The position numbers were made by a program, and so were the translations under genes. Source: Octopus vulgaris (taxonomy: Eukaryota). From it: DNA of 64,000 nucleotides. Under the pieces are notes generated by a model, which saw only the letters and a list, made by a program, of their open reading frames with translations, had not been told where the DNA came from and did no database searches. Where the stretch lies: NCBI GenBank assembly GCA_951406725.2, contig OX597823.1, positions 36,332,001 through 36,396,000 of the forward strand, given 5' to 3'. This document shows, piece by piece, positions 49,837 to 62,449 of the stretch; within the stretch, counting starts at the first letter, position 1; each line of letters starts with the position of its first letter.

Positions 49837-51802
49837 CCATATATACCCTTAAGAAGAATATTAATAAATTATCTTCACAAGTTGATAAGTTTTATCAAAA
49901 ATAGATTTTATTAATCATAGAAACCATTAAATTCCTCATCACTCTCATTTGATACATCATAATCAGATGCAACTACTTACTCATCAGAGTCACCTTCATT
50001 GTAAATCGCATCATCTTCTGTACCTTCCATGTTGTTGCTTATACTGCACTTTTGAAAGGCCTTTACAATCACTTCTTTCTTCACACCATTCCACGAATTC
50101 TTCACACAGCCACAACTTCACTGATTGTTGGCTTCCTAACTTTTCCTGTTGGTGTTAGGTTGGAGTCACCTCCTGGTATCCACTTGCTTCATTCATTTCT
50201 CATTGAATGGTTTGTTGATACTGATGTCCAGAGGTTGAAGTTGGCTTGTTAGGCCACCAGGAATAACTGCCAATTGTGTTTCTGATATTTTTGCCAACTT
50301 TTTTGTTTCATCAGTTATATGTGCCCTGAACTGATCTAACACTCAGTATAGATGGCTTCTTAAAAAGGTTCCCAGGTCTCTTACTCCAAATCTTCTTGAA
50401 CCAAAGCTTCATACCACCTTGATCCATCCAGCCCTTTGCATGCACATGCACAAGAACTCTTTCTGGCTGCTTCTCCTTTGGAAGTGTCTTCTTGTTGAAA
50501 ATGAGCATGGGTAGCAACAGGGTACCATCAGCACAGCATGCCAGGACAACTGTGTAATGAGTCTTCTCATACCCACTTGTCTTGATGGAAACTGTTTTGG
50601 CTTCTTTTTGATTCACAGTTTTGTTGGAAGGAACATCAAATGTAAGTGAAACTTTGTCTATATTTGCTATGTGGCAAAGTTCAAAGTTGGTATTCTTGCA
50701 TAAATTAATGATATAAGAATGAAACTTAAGAATTTCTTCTTCATAAGCATCAGGTATCTTCTGAGCAAGCTTGGTTCTAGTCCTTAGATTCAAACCATTC
50801 CTCTTCATAAAATGGAAGCACCAAATAGGTGTACCATTAAAATCAGTTGTCTCTTCTGTCTCTTGTCCTTCCTCTTTGCTCTTTTTTTTATTTCCTGAGT
50901 AATTTTTCTTCCTTGATTGATTAGGATCTTTGTCAAAACAAATGCACCAGTTTGCCCTTGGTATTTGCCCTAGTGTTTGAGTTTTACCTCCAGATTTGGC
51001 TTCCTTGTTTTTTGCCCTGTGCTGCTTTCTTCATCTGTGGCATCTGTAAAAGTTCCTCTTTGTGCTTTTTCCACAGTCCAATCATGGCAGCCATAAGAGG
51101 AGGCCAAAACTGTCTTGCTGCAGCTTTATTTCCATGATCCTTTGCAAACTGAAACATTTTCAATTTGAAATTTGCAGGATATGAAATGCGCTTTTTATTC
51201 TTGGACATTTTTACACAAATAGAAAACAAAAATCTAAAAAAAGTGTAATGCAGGATCAATTTAAATAACAGTATACAATATCTAAGATTGTGTCTCAGTT
51301 GAATTTCCATATTTGGTTATGCTACATTTATGCCTGTTTCAGTGTGAGCTGCATTGCCATATATGGCTACTGAGTATGCTCGCTGTCTCTGATAGGTTGT
51401 ATGATCTCTGTATGTGGCCTGGGTTTTTAAAAAAGTTTTAATGTTTGCATTTGCGTGTTTGCTCACAACTTTAAATACAATATAGAACTTTTGTGTTAAT
51501 ACAAAAATACAGATCTAACAGTCTCAGTGAGCATGAGTAAGTACTGTTTGGCAGACGATTGTCATTCGTGATGGCCGCTTTATGTGCATGCTGTTGCTTG
51601 ATGAACGGATAGTAACTCATCCAAGAGGACATCACAAACTGTTGGGTGTTGGCCTGAGGCTTGCAATGTTGAAAGTCATGGAGATTTGAGATTTGAGGAA
51701 TTAATTTATTAATATCTATAATACTATCCATGTATAAGAAACCCCCATATTTTTTACCTAATTTTTGACAAAAATGGGTTCCTTATACATAATAAAATAT
51801 GG
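49837..51802 (-). mobile_element. pogo/Tigger-type DNA transposon, degenerate
   Basis: Right end TA|CCATATTTTATTATGTATAAGG with subterminal GTATAAG..CTTATAC palindrome; only TA|CCATAT left at the other end. Confidence 0.85.
49930..51209 (-). pseudogene. pogo transposase pseudogene (Brinker-type DBD plus DDE_1)
   Basis: KKRISYPANFKLK..DHGNKAAARQF; MKRNGLNLRTRT; ANIDKVSLTFD; KTSGYEKTHYTVVLACCADG; KGWMD; acidic tail; frameshifts. Confidence 0.88.
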
Positions 51803-52349
51803 TATATACCCATTATATTCAAGGCTAATAGTGGCTGTGCAAGTTCACATTTAGTAGTTGTTGAAATGAGTTTAAGTAATTATATAGATCAAGAATTTGT
51901 AGAGCTAGAAGACAAAGGTGGGGGAAGGAGGGAATATTTTTTTAGTAGGTTAATTAGTTATTAGAAAAATGTTGAGAGTTAGTTTAACTAAGTATGTTGG
52001 TTCAATTCTAACCTGAATCAGGAAAGTGCAAAAATGTTGACTAAACTACGTCCGAAAGTTTATTTAACAATAATGAATTATAAGAATAGAGGATAATAAG
52101 TGATTCTTTAAAGCATAATTTACATTTGCCCAATTTTGTGTTATAAGGGGGAGCTCCTTTTATAATAGACCATGCCAGTGTATAATTTATGTTTTTTGAC
52201 TTAAGATAATGAATGAGTTTAGCTAATGTAGTTGAAGTTTTATAATTAGGATTTTTGAAAGACTTTAAATGAGCATGATAGCTACGTTTGAAATCTGTGG
52301 TGCTACCAATATAGGTCTTTACTTGTGCTCCATGTGTTATTTTCCACTT

Positions 52350-53420
52350 TCTGCCTTCATTCAGGCTGATGTTATAATTTGGGATGAATTATCCGCATGT
52401 CTCATTGTTTCCTCCCAGAGGCATTGAATAGAATATTAAAGGATCTTATGAAGATGGTCAACCCCAGGTTTGGGCATGTTTTGTTTGTAGGAAAAGTAAT
52501 AACTTTTGGTGTGGATTTTCAACAAATGTTGTCTGTCATTGAACTTGGAAGCAGACCACAGATAGTAGACAGCAGCTTTAATAATTCATCTTTATGGAAA
52601 CATGTAAAAAAATTCATCTGTCAGAAAATATGCAATTAAAATCATATGCACAGAATCCAGAAGATCAAAACAAATAAATTAAGTTCAACAACTTTATACT
52701 TCATTTAGGAAATGACAAAATTATTATATCCCAGGGATGTATCATTACTCATGATTTCAGTGACTTCATTCCCTTGGTTTTCAATAGAAATGTCTTACAG
52801 AAATGCATTACAGAGCCAGAAAAATTTTCAAAAATTGTTTTAGCACCCCAAAATATTGATTTTGATCTCATTAATGAGGAAATGCTAAAACTGTTTGTAG
52901 TAGATGAAGAGGTTCTCTTTAGTCATGATTAATGTTTGCATCAGGATGACACTTTGGAATTCACTACAGATTATTTAAATATACTAAATATTTCAGTCTT
53001 ACCATTACACATATTAAAAGACTAACACAGTAATTATTCTCTTACATACAATTAACCAAGTTAATGGCATGTGTAATGGTAAATGTTTAGTTATTCAAGA
53101 CATGCAAGAAAAAGATATTTAGGCAAAAATAACTGAAGGTCTATACAACTGAAAATATTAAGTTACCCTTTCTTCAGTAGGTGAAGAGTTACCATTTAAA
53201 TTAGACAACAATTAGATTAGCAATGGCAAGTTCAATTAATAAATGTCAAGGACAAACATTTGAAAAAATTGCTTTATACACCAAAGCCCATACTCATACA
53301 TAAACAAAGATATGTTGCCTTTTCTAGAATGTCCACAGGGTTTCCAGGTTTGAACATATATATATACTGAATGACAAACATTTCACAAAGAATGTTGCTT
53401 ACAAGGAAGTTCTCATTTGG
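52350..53420 (+). pseudogene. Helitron Pif1-type helicase fragment
   Basis: IIWDE, EALNRILKDLM, FVGKVITFGVDFQQMLSVI, SSLWKHVK, GMCNG, INKCQGQTF, YVAFSR, NVAYKEVL; heavily disrupted. Confidence 0.85.
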
Positions 53421-54916
53421 AAAGACTTCAAGCAATGAAATATGAAACCAACAATACAGATTCCAACTGTACAGAACAGCAAATAGTATTTATCTACACA
53501 TCAGGGTTGGCATCATTTACATACAAATTGTAGAATATGGAAATAACAAAACAATAATTTAAAAAGCATGGAGTGAATTTGAAGTTTGAAAGCAGGTTAG
53601 CTTATTGTAAGCTACTATAACACAAGCTGAACTATAAAATACTCAAGCATGTTGGGTATATAAACCTCTCTTTATCCCCAATTCTCTTTTTTCTTTCCCT
53701 ATTAGGGTAGCCATGTCTCCCTATCTTCCTCTCTAACTCTCTCTCTCTCCCTTCCTTTCAAGCCTTTCTTCCCAACTGGGTTACCACATAGCTCCTTAAC
53801 TGCAAGACACTTATATCTCTTATATTGTACTTTAACCTCTCCCCACTCAAGGTGCCTTGCTCTTGAAAGTTACTTAGAGGTCCCACTGGTGCTGTTGCTA
53901 CATAAAAATGGTTGGTGTTACAAGGGGTACCCAGCTGAAGAAACCATATCACTGTGCTGCTGCCACATTAAAAACACACTACATTCTGTGAAGTGACTGG
54001 CATTAGAAAAAGGGATTCAGCCATAGAAACCATGCCAAGCAGACACTGGAGCCTGCTAAAGTTTTGTCTTGCCAGCTCCTGTCCAATCTATGCCAGCATA
54101 GGAAACAGATATTAAATGATGATGATTATGACTTCAATTGAGAATGGACAGATTACATAATCAATAAAGAAATAATATTTATGCAATAACTTTCTTAACA
54201 CAACCACCTCCATCAAAAAACAAAAACATTCAGCAGATACATAATAACCACTAATGATATAAAGCAATAGATTCAAATGCAAATATTCATCCAAGGTACA
54301 TATATTTCATTTACTTGAAGTTCATTAACTTTCTCAAAATGTCAGTTTTAACAGTTTCTTTCAAAATTAGTATTACTTCAATTACATTCATTAATACTTT
54401 CAAATAGTGAATAAAAATTTGTCCAGTAACAAAAAGAACAAATAATACAGATCCATTACAATCATTATGAAGATACCAGACCTTCAGAGCATAATTTATA
54501 GGATTTTCCATTGAAATAACTGTACCTGAGTGACTCACTAAAACGTCAGGAATAATCTGGGGATTATACAATAACCTAAGAAAATCAATGCATAACATGT
54601 AATAGTTGCAGTAACAATATACATGAAAAATACATTCAGTTATAATTCCAGTATACTTTAATAATGCACTTTATATTCCTTTCAATAGCAGTCGAAACTC
54701 CCTTAAACCACAATTATTCAGTGAAACAACCATATTCTCATACTCTACACACACCATCCTTCATTGAGCACTGTTCCCACCTGCATGCCATGTGTATATT
54801 TATGCATATACAATATAGAAATATGTGACACAATGATATAAAATCAATGTAAAATATGCAAATTTAAAGATAGTATGTTTGCACTAATATATATATGTAT
54901 TGGAAACATTATTTAA

Positions 54917-55136
54917 CCCTTTAGCTTTTAATCCAGCCATATCTGGCTCAAATATTCTACCTGTTTTATGTTAAAACTGACCAGATCCAATCTTTCACAT
55001 CTACCCTACAATGTCATTCTAAAAATATACAAACACACCTTTGAAATCTTAAAGCTACCACATAATGTGTGTATTATTCAAAACAATGTGAATAAATAAG
55101 CAATATATTTGACAATGAAATCTGATAGCTAAAGTG
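54917..55136. mobile_element. TTAA-flanked MITE (piggyBac-like)
   Basis: TTAA|CCCTTTAGC ... GCTAAAGTG|TTAA. Confidence 0.75.
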
Positions 55137-55199
55137 TTAAAAGAAATGATACAGCAAAATAATTTGAATACCAAACATGAGAAATATTTTTAAAAAAAG

Positions 55200-56230
55200 G
55201 GAAGGGAGATAACTCTGTAATACTTATAGAAGAGTTGCTCGTAATTTCATAGAAATCAGGAAATTTATACAAATATATGTAAACACATACGCGTACACAC
55301 TCGCACATATGTATGTATAAAGATTAGTATGTAGCAATTAAAAGGAGAGGAAGGAAAACATAAATTGGTTGAAATGACCCTTTATTTTCATTGTTGTAAT
55401 GTAAGATACAACTCGAAGAAATGTTGCTCTCTGTGTCGTGTGTTGGTTAATATATTAGGTTTGATAATATAGTAATTGTTTTTTCTTTAACTGTTTTGTA
55501 AAATAAGTATTTACCATTTTCTTGCTACCTATACTTATTCCACAGAACCAAGTGCTGCTAATATATTAGAAGTATGGTAGACTTATCCATGCGATTTTGA
55601 TATCTGAATATTATCTAAATCTCATATTTACCTTGATTATTATTTTCATTGTATTTATAGTCTACGTTGTATGATTCATCTCCATCGGCGACAAATGTGT
55701 GTGTAGATATTTCCCACCCAACAACTTTTAATAAACAATGTTGTTATATATTTTTTAATACTTTCTTTGGTTACCAAAAAATATATTCAATTTTTCAGGG
55801 TACATTGACGTTTTATTATCATTGACCCAATAAAGTGGCCATATTATTGAGCATTTCATTTTTAGGTTGGGGTTGGGGCTATTAACACAGCCAACAAATG
55901 GAGCAGTAAAAACGTAAACTAGACGTAAACATATAGAATAAACTTAGTATATGACTAATGTTTTTTTTTTTTATTTTGCTGACGAGCGTGGGAGACAACT
56001 TTGGATATGTTTCTTACCGTTTCCGGCTTCTTCAATATATATATATAACTCTTTTGTAACTTACTGAAATCGTAGCAAATTATTCCCTTTGTAATTTTGG
56101 AGAAATGTATTTTTGTTGGCTAAAGAACACTGAAATTCTTAAGGAAATAAACAGTTCATTAGTACCACTTGAATGAAGAAACAATTAATATTAGAATATT
56201 TAATGCCACTTAATATGTCAATGTCTAAAC
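55200..56230. promoter_or_regulatory. Second CpG-retaining unique region
   Basis: Locally elevated CpG; CCGGAA motif on the minus strand with donor ACG|GTAAGA at 56017. Confidence 0.4.
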
Positions 56231-57295
56231 GAAAAATAAATATGCATTCAGTGAGAAAGCAATAGCTTGCTTTCCAACCACATGGTTCAGGCTTCATTTC
56301 CACTGCATGGCACCTTGGGCAAGTGTCTTCTACTATAATCTTGGGCTGACCAAAGCCTTGTGAGTGGATTTGATAGATGGAAACAGAAAGAAGCCTGTCA
56401 TATCTGTCTATCAGTCTAAGTGCATGTTTTAGTGTCTGTCCCCCACCACTGCTTGTCAATAAGTGTTGTGTTTATGTCCCTGTAGCTAAGCGGTTTGGCA
56501 AAAGAGACCTGTAGAATAAGTATCAAGCTTGAAAAAAATAAGTACTTGGGTTGATTCAATTGACTAAAAATTCTTCAAAGCAGTGCCCCAGAATGACCGC
56601 TGTCCAATGACTGCAACAAATAAAAGACAACAATTACATTTTTATTTTCAATTTCATTTCATTCTTAAGGTAGGGAGCTGGCAGAATCATTAATGTGCCA
56701 GACAAAATTCTTAGTAGCATTTCATCTAACTTTACATTTTGAGTTCAAATTCCACCAAGGATGACTTTGCCTTTTATCCTTTCAGGGCCAATAAAATATG
56801 TACCAGTTTAATTTCATTTTTATTAAAATTTGATTCAAATTTTCTTTTACAAGCTCTGATTTGTTTGACTAGGGGGATGGCTGTGGACTTTAGATGTTAA
56901 CCTCATAACTCAATGTTGTTGGAAATATGTATACTTGGAGATATGTATACTTGCAGGTTAAATTCCCATTGTTTAACATCTTTGGTTGATGTTACAGTGG
57001 TGATGAAATATGACATTCAGAAACTGTTTGGAAATTCATGAAGCAGGGACCATTCCTGTTCTTGGGTGATAGATTAAAAACCATCGCCTGGGGTTTTGGC
57101 AGCGCCTTTAGATGGAATTCATTCTGTTGCAAGTATTTTCGACCAGAACTCAAGGCTGAAGATAACTTTGTCCTTGTTACACCAGTTATGAGGATCCTGA
57201 AGAAGATTAAATATCTTATACTTCTTCCTGTAAGTCATGTGTCTCACACCTCCCCACAAAACAAAGAAGAGGGAAGGAGAGACGAGGAGGAGTAG

Positions 57296-57372
57296 GAGAA
57301 GAAGAAGAAGAAGAAGAAGAAGAAGAAGAAGAAGGAAGAGGAGGAGGAGGAGAAGAAGAAGAAGAAGAGGAG
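57296..57372. repeat. (GAA)n/(GAG)n compound microsatellite
   Basis: Direct repeat run. Confidence 0.97.
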
Positions 57373-59599
57373 GCGAGGAAGAAACCCAGTATTATTTGAC
57401 ATCCATCAACATTGACCCTTTTGATACCAACCCATCTGAGATTGCTTTTGGTCCTATGATACAAACTTCTTGTTTTAAAGTGATCTAAATTAAAACTTAA
57501 TAATTACAGTTATTTCCCTAAATTCTTCATTATTTTCAAAATTAATTGAAACAAAGTTAATATAGTTCAACTGAAATATTGTAACAAAATGGTTAATGGG
57601 TACAGTATTAGCATAAATAATAGTGTCCTGAGAAGGTTACCTTGGAAAATGTCACATTTTATGTGAGGTTGTGTTATTGATTTTTACAGTTTATTTTCTG
57701 TGGTCTATATATTTCCTGAATGATTTTTTTTCATATTAATTGGTTTAAAAAGTATTTGGGAGACAAAGACTGACTTTTCTGACTTGAGGTTATGCTGTTT
57801 TGGTCACTTAATAATCCCATGGATTTAATTAAATAAGTTTCAGCTGAGATCTTACTTCCAAATTCTCATTATTAGTTTTATAATAAATTATATCAGTTAA
57901 AGAATTTCAGTACAACCTTAGGTATCATTCTTACTGATACTTTTACATTCTACTTCATATCTTGACTTGTTGGTAGTCCTTTCTGTGCATTCTGCCTTCC
58001 TCTCTCTTTTTTTAAATACATTGATTTATAGTAAGACAATAAGCTGGTAGAGCCATTTGCATTCTAGGCAAAATGCTTAGTAGCATTTCACCTATCCTTA
58101 CATTCTGAGTTCAAATTCTGCTGGAGTCCATTTTACCTTTCATCCTTTCAGGGTCGATGAAGTAAATATCAGTTATACACTAGTGTTTATGTTATTGACT
58201 TATCCACTCCTCCAAAATTGTTGGTTTTGTGTCAAATCTGAAACCAATATATTGACTTGTAGTGCTTTTAATTGAAGTTGAAGAATAATTTTAATTGGTT
58301 GGTTTCTTAGATATATTTATTTATGTTTGCAAGACATATGCTACAATTATTAGAAATTTGGTTTTATCAGCAATTAACATTCTTAGATCTTTTTAATAAA
58401 AATGTTCTCTGATTTCATTTTGGTATTTGTTTTGCTACATTCTTGTTCTCTTGTTGTTGTTCTTGAAATAAGAGCATTATTATTATTGGGATAGTTTTCT
58501 TAGTGATAATTTTGAAATTTCTCTCTTTCTGATGTGAATCTAATGTTAAAAGACACCAGTAATTCTATGAGGATTGGGAAACAACATGTTAAAATAACTG
58601 TTGAAGGAATTCATATTCTCACGATAATCATGGTATCATTTACCATCCTTTTGTATGGTGCCACAACTGTTTTTAACATATTAGCCATCACATATACCAC
58701 TGGTGACTCATCTCAAACTTCAAACAACCATCAGTAACAAGTTGTAGCAGTTAACATGATAATTTCACTGTGAAATTAGGTTTATGATAGCTTGGATGTG
58801 GATCAAACTGATGGAAATCTTTGATATTTAACAATTCTTCAGCATCAGCTTAACTCTCCTTGCCAAGATGCTAAACAATAATAGCAGAAGATTATGTACT
58901 AAAATATTCATAAATACCTGCTTAGACTAAGTTCATTTACATAACGGTACATTAGGCCACACTGTAAAGATTTTCTTAACTGTCTTTTTATTGCTATTTT
59001 TTAACTCTTTTCAAATATTTGTGTTCTGTTTGTTTGGTTCTTCCCTTTTCCTTAAATTTTTTTCTGGACACTTTGTGTTATTCAAAAGAATTGGAAAATT
59101 TTAAGAAATCATTTCTTTCTTGAATGATTACTAATTTATTAGAATTGATAAATGGTTTTCACTTATCTCCAGTTCTGGTGGCGGTCATAATGATGACAAT
59201 GACGGTGCTGATGCTGATGACAGAAATAAAAAATTCTCATTTGAGTGCAAATAAATAATTTAATAAAAAACATAAATTGTATGATGATGATGTATGAATA
59301 ATGTAAGGAAATACATAGATTGACATGTATGAGCAGATGTAAATACAGTTATTAAAAATACATATATATAGATGCAAGCATGGCTGTTGGGTAAGAAGCT
59401 TGCTTCCAATCCCCGTAACTTAGTGGTTTGGCAAAAGAGACCAATAGAATAAGTACCAGGCTTTTAAAAAGTAAGTATTGGGATCAATGGATTTGACTAA
59501 AACTGCTTCGAGGGGGTGCCCCAGCATGGCCACAGTCTGATGACTGAAAGAAGTAAAAGATTAAAGATACATATACATGGCTGCTTCTTCATTTTTTAC

Positions 59600-61370
59600 T
59601 ATAGCCATTGCCTGAAGCACTTCAAATTTGGCCTCAAGTGACTTGCACACTTTGGCTCAAATGTTAAATACATGATTGCCTAAAACAACACAAGCCACTT
59701 GTTAGCTACCAAACACATTCATGTAACATTTCAAGACCCCAGCTGATAGGCAAACTTGATGGCATTCATGGCATGTTGTTATGCTGTGTATGGCACAATA
59801 CATGTCAACTCTGTACATGACTTCTTTTGTGACTTTTCAGTCCTCTGCTGAAGCAAACTCTCCCATGTTCGTTGCATGTCAGCTCACTCTGGTCACCCAC
59901 ATCTCCTGGAAATATCACATCCACACTCTTTCTAGATCCTTTCTTCAAGCTATTTCAAATTTCTCACTTCTGTCATATTCTGCTTTTCTCTATCTTGCCT
60001 GTTCAGTTGCAATCTCTTCTCATTCCTTTTCCAAGATGTTAGCTTTCTTCAACAATGTTTTTATGCAGTTCTTGAAATTCAGCTTAGGTGTATGAGGTGA
60101 ACACTTTCCAATACTCAGCTCACCATACAGGAATTGCTTTGGAGTCCTGCAGTCTTTCATTCTCATTAAGTGACCCTTTCGAGTCAGCATTGCAAAATGA
60201 TTGTCTCAATACTTTGACAGTAACTTCTTTCAAGGACTCCACTATCACTTATATACATTTTCCAATGCAGGACCAAGATATGATGTAGACACTGCTGGTG
60301 GGAGCACTTCAGTTGTTTCAAGTGTTTTTGGTAGGTTACTCACATCTCATAAGTGTACAACAGGGAGGGCAACCCACTTGTTATATAAATATTCACTTTA
60401 GTATTAATATAGATACCATGTTGATACCACATGCATTTTTCCAACTTTCTGAAAGCATCCCTAGCTTTGCTTATTCTTAGGGAGATTTCATTGTCAAGGG
60501 TACATGGTATACTAGGGGTGCTACTAAGATACACAAACCTATGAAGCTTCTGACCATACACTTGGATATCTGGTTCAAAGTATGGCACTCCTGGCCATAA
60601 GTCTTTTTAAGACTTATTGTGTAGTCTAGCACAGAAAAAGCACTGGAAAAAAAGAGTCTATATGTCACACGTCATCTTGAGTGTCAGCAAAGAGATCACA
60701 GTCATCTGCATAGAAAAAGTATCTTAGCAATGAGAACATGACTTTTGAATTTGCACTGAGGCATTTTATGCCAATAGTTTCCTAGACATACGAAACTTGA
60801 CATATATTCCACATGGACACATGCTAAAAGCCATTACAAATACTATTGTAAAATGCAGTGAAAACAGTGTTAGTGCTGGAACATCACTTTGTTTGGCACC
60901 ATTATTCATAGCAACAGGATCAGATACATTTCCACCAACATTCACCTAGGCCTTCATGTTGTCATGGAATTAGTAAAGAATTGTTACAAACTTATTTGGA
61001 TGTCCAAGTTTCCTCAGTATCTTCCAAAGAGTTTCTCTGTTTACTGTGTCAAACAACTTTGTCAGGTCATCAAACACTTGAAATAGATCTTTCTTTGTTC
61101 AATACACTTTTTCTGAAGTTGCCTAGCTGAGAATATTATATCAATCTTATAGCTTTCTCTTCAAAAACCACACTGAGATTCTGGAAGAACATAAACAATG
61201 TACAAAAGTAGTCTATTGAGCATAACTTTATACAATACCTTACCAACAACTGAAAGCAAAACTATCCCTCAGTAGTTGCCACAGTTGTCTTTTCGACCTT
61301 CTTCTTTATATAGTACAACCATAAGAGCATCTTTCCAGTTTTGTGGAACTATCTCATCATCCCAAATCTT
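59600..61370 (-). mobile_element. RTE-BovB-like LINE, RT to C-terminus
   Basis: LRISKARDAFRKLEKCMW..INTKVNIY..LPSLLY, RT remnants, Cys-rich tail (CHECHQVC); many stops. Confidence 0.8.
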
Positions 61371-61478
61371 CTATATCAAGGAGGTGAGTTCATGTATTAA
61401 ATTTTGACTTCCACTCCTAACATTTTCCACATGCAGACCCTCCATACTAGAGGACTTTCTGTTGTTCAGTTTCTTAAC

Positions 61479-61600
61479 ATGCATGCATGCATGCATGCAT
61501 ACATACATGCATGCATGCATGCATGCATACATACATACATACATACATACATACATACATACATACATACATACGTACGTACGTACGTATGTATGTATGT
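61479..61600. repeat. Compound tetranucleotide microsatellite (TGCA)n(TACA)n(CGTA)n
   Basis: Direct repeat run. Confidence 0.97.
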
Positions 61601-62449
61601 GTTCCACCAGAAGTGATGAATCAGAAGACTCAATACCAGTATAGAGTATTCTTTAATACATTATAACTAAAAGGCTCCAATTTCCAGTACTCAGAGTTAC
61701 TTGTTTTTGATCATCAGTTGGTAATCTGAACCTGCTTTTCTTGTGTAATATTCACTGTTTGAATATCTTTTGGAATATGAAAGGAAAGTTTGAAGAAAAT
61801 GCTTATCTTTATGTTCTTTTGTTAAAAAAATTGTGAATAACACAATAAAAAAATGGCTGCTTCAAGCTTACATTTTTCATTTTCTTTCTGGTTCTCATGG
61901 GAATATTTTCAAATGTCTAAGACTTAATAGGAGCCAAGTCACTTGAATAACTTTCCTTGTCAAATAGCATTGCTGTTTAAGTTATGTTTTAATGTGTGAG
62001 CATGTGTACATTTTTATGTGCCTGTGTAGACACATACTTATATGCACATATATACATGCAATTATATATGTATGCATACAAATAAACACATGTACACATC
62101 CATGCACATACACATGTATTAAACATATTAACTTTGAAATTTTGAAATCAATGATTTTTTGTGAACCAGGACAAAATTCAAAAAGCCTGGTATTTATTTA
62201 TTAGATACTTAATCTCCTGCATACATGGCTCTAACAATTCCATTCTTTTATTCAAACTGTTATTGAAAATTTTAAAACTTTTGCTAGTCACAGGAGTGGC
62301 TGTTTGGAAAGTAGCTTGCTTACCAACTACATAGTTCTGGGTTCAGTCCCAATGTGTGGCATCTTGGGCAAGTGTCTCCTACTATAGCCTTTATTTGTTA
62401 CTTCAGACTTAGAACTTGAAGGCCTCAGAGATGCAAACCAATCTGGAGC

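Noticed and set aside
52350-53420. Host PIF1 gene
   Set aside because: Intronless, full of stops and frameshifts, with Helitron-type motifs.
57237-57488. Poly-Arg protamine-like ORF
   Set aside because: Translation of the (GAA)/(GAG) microsatellite.
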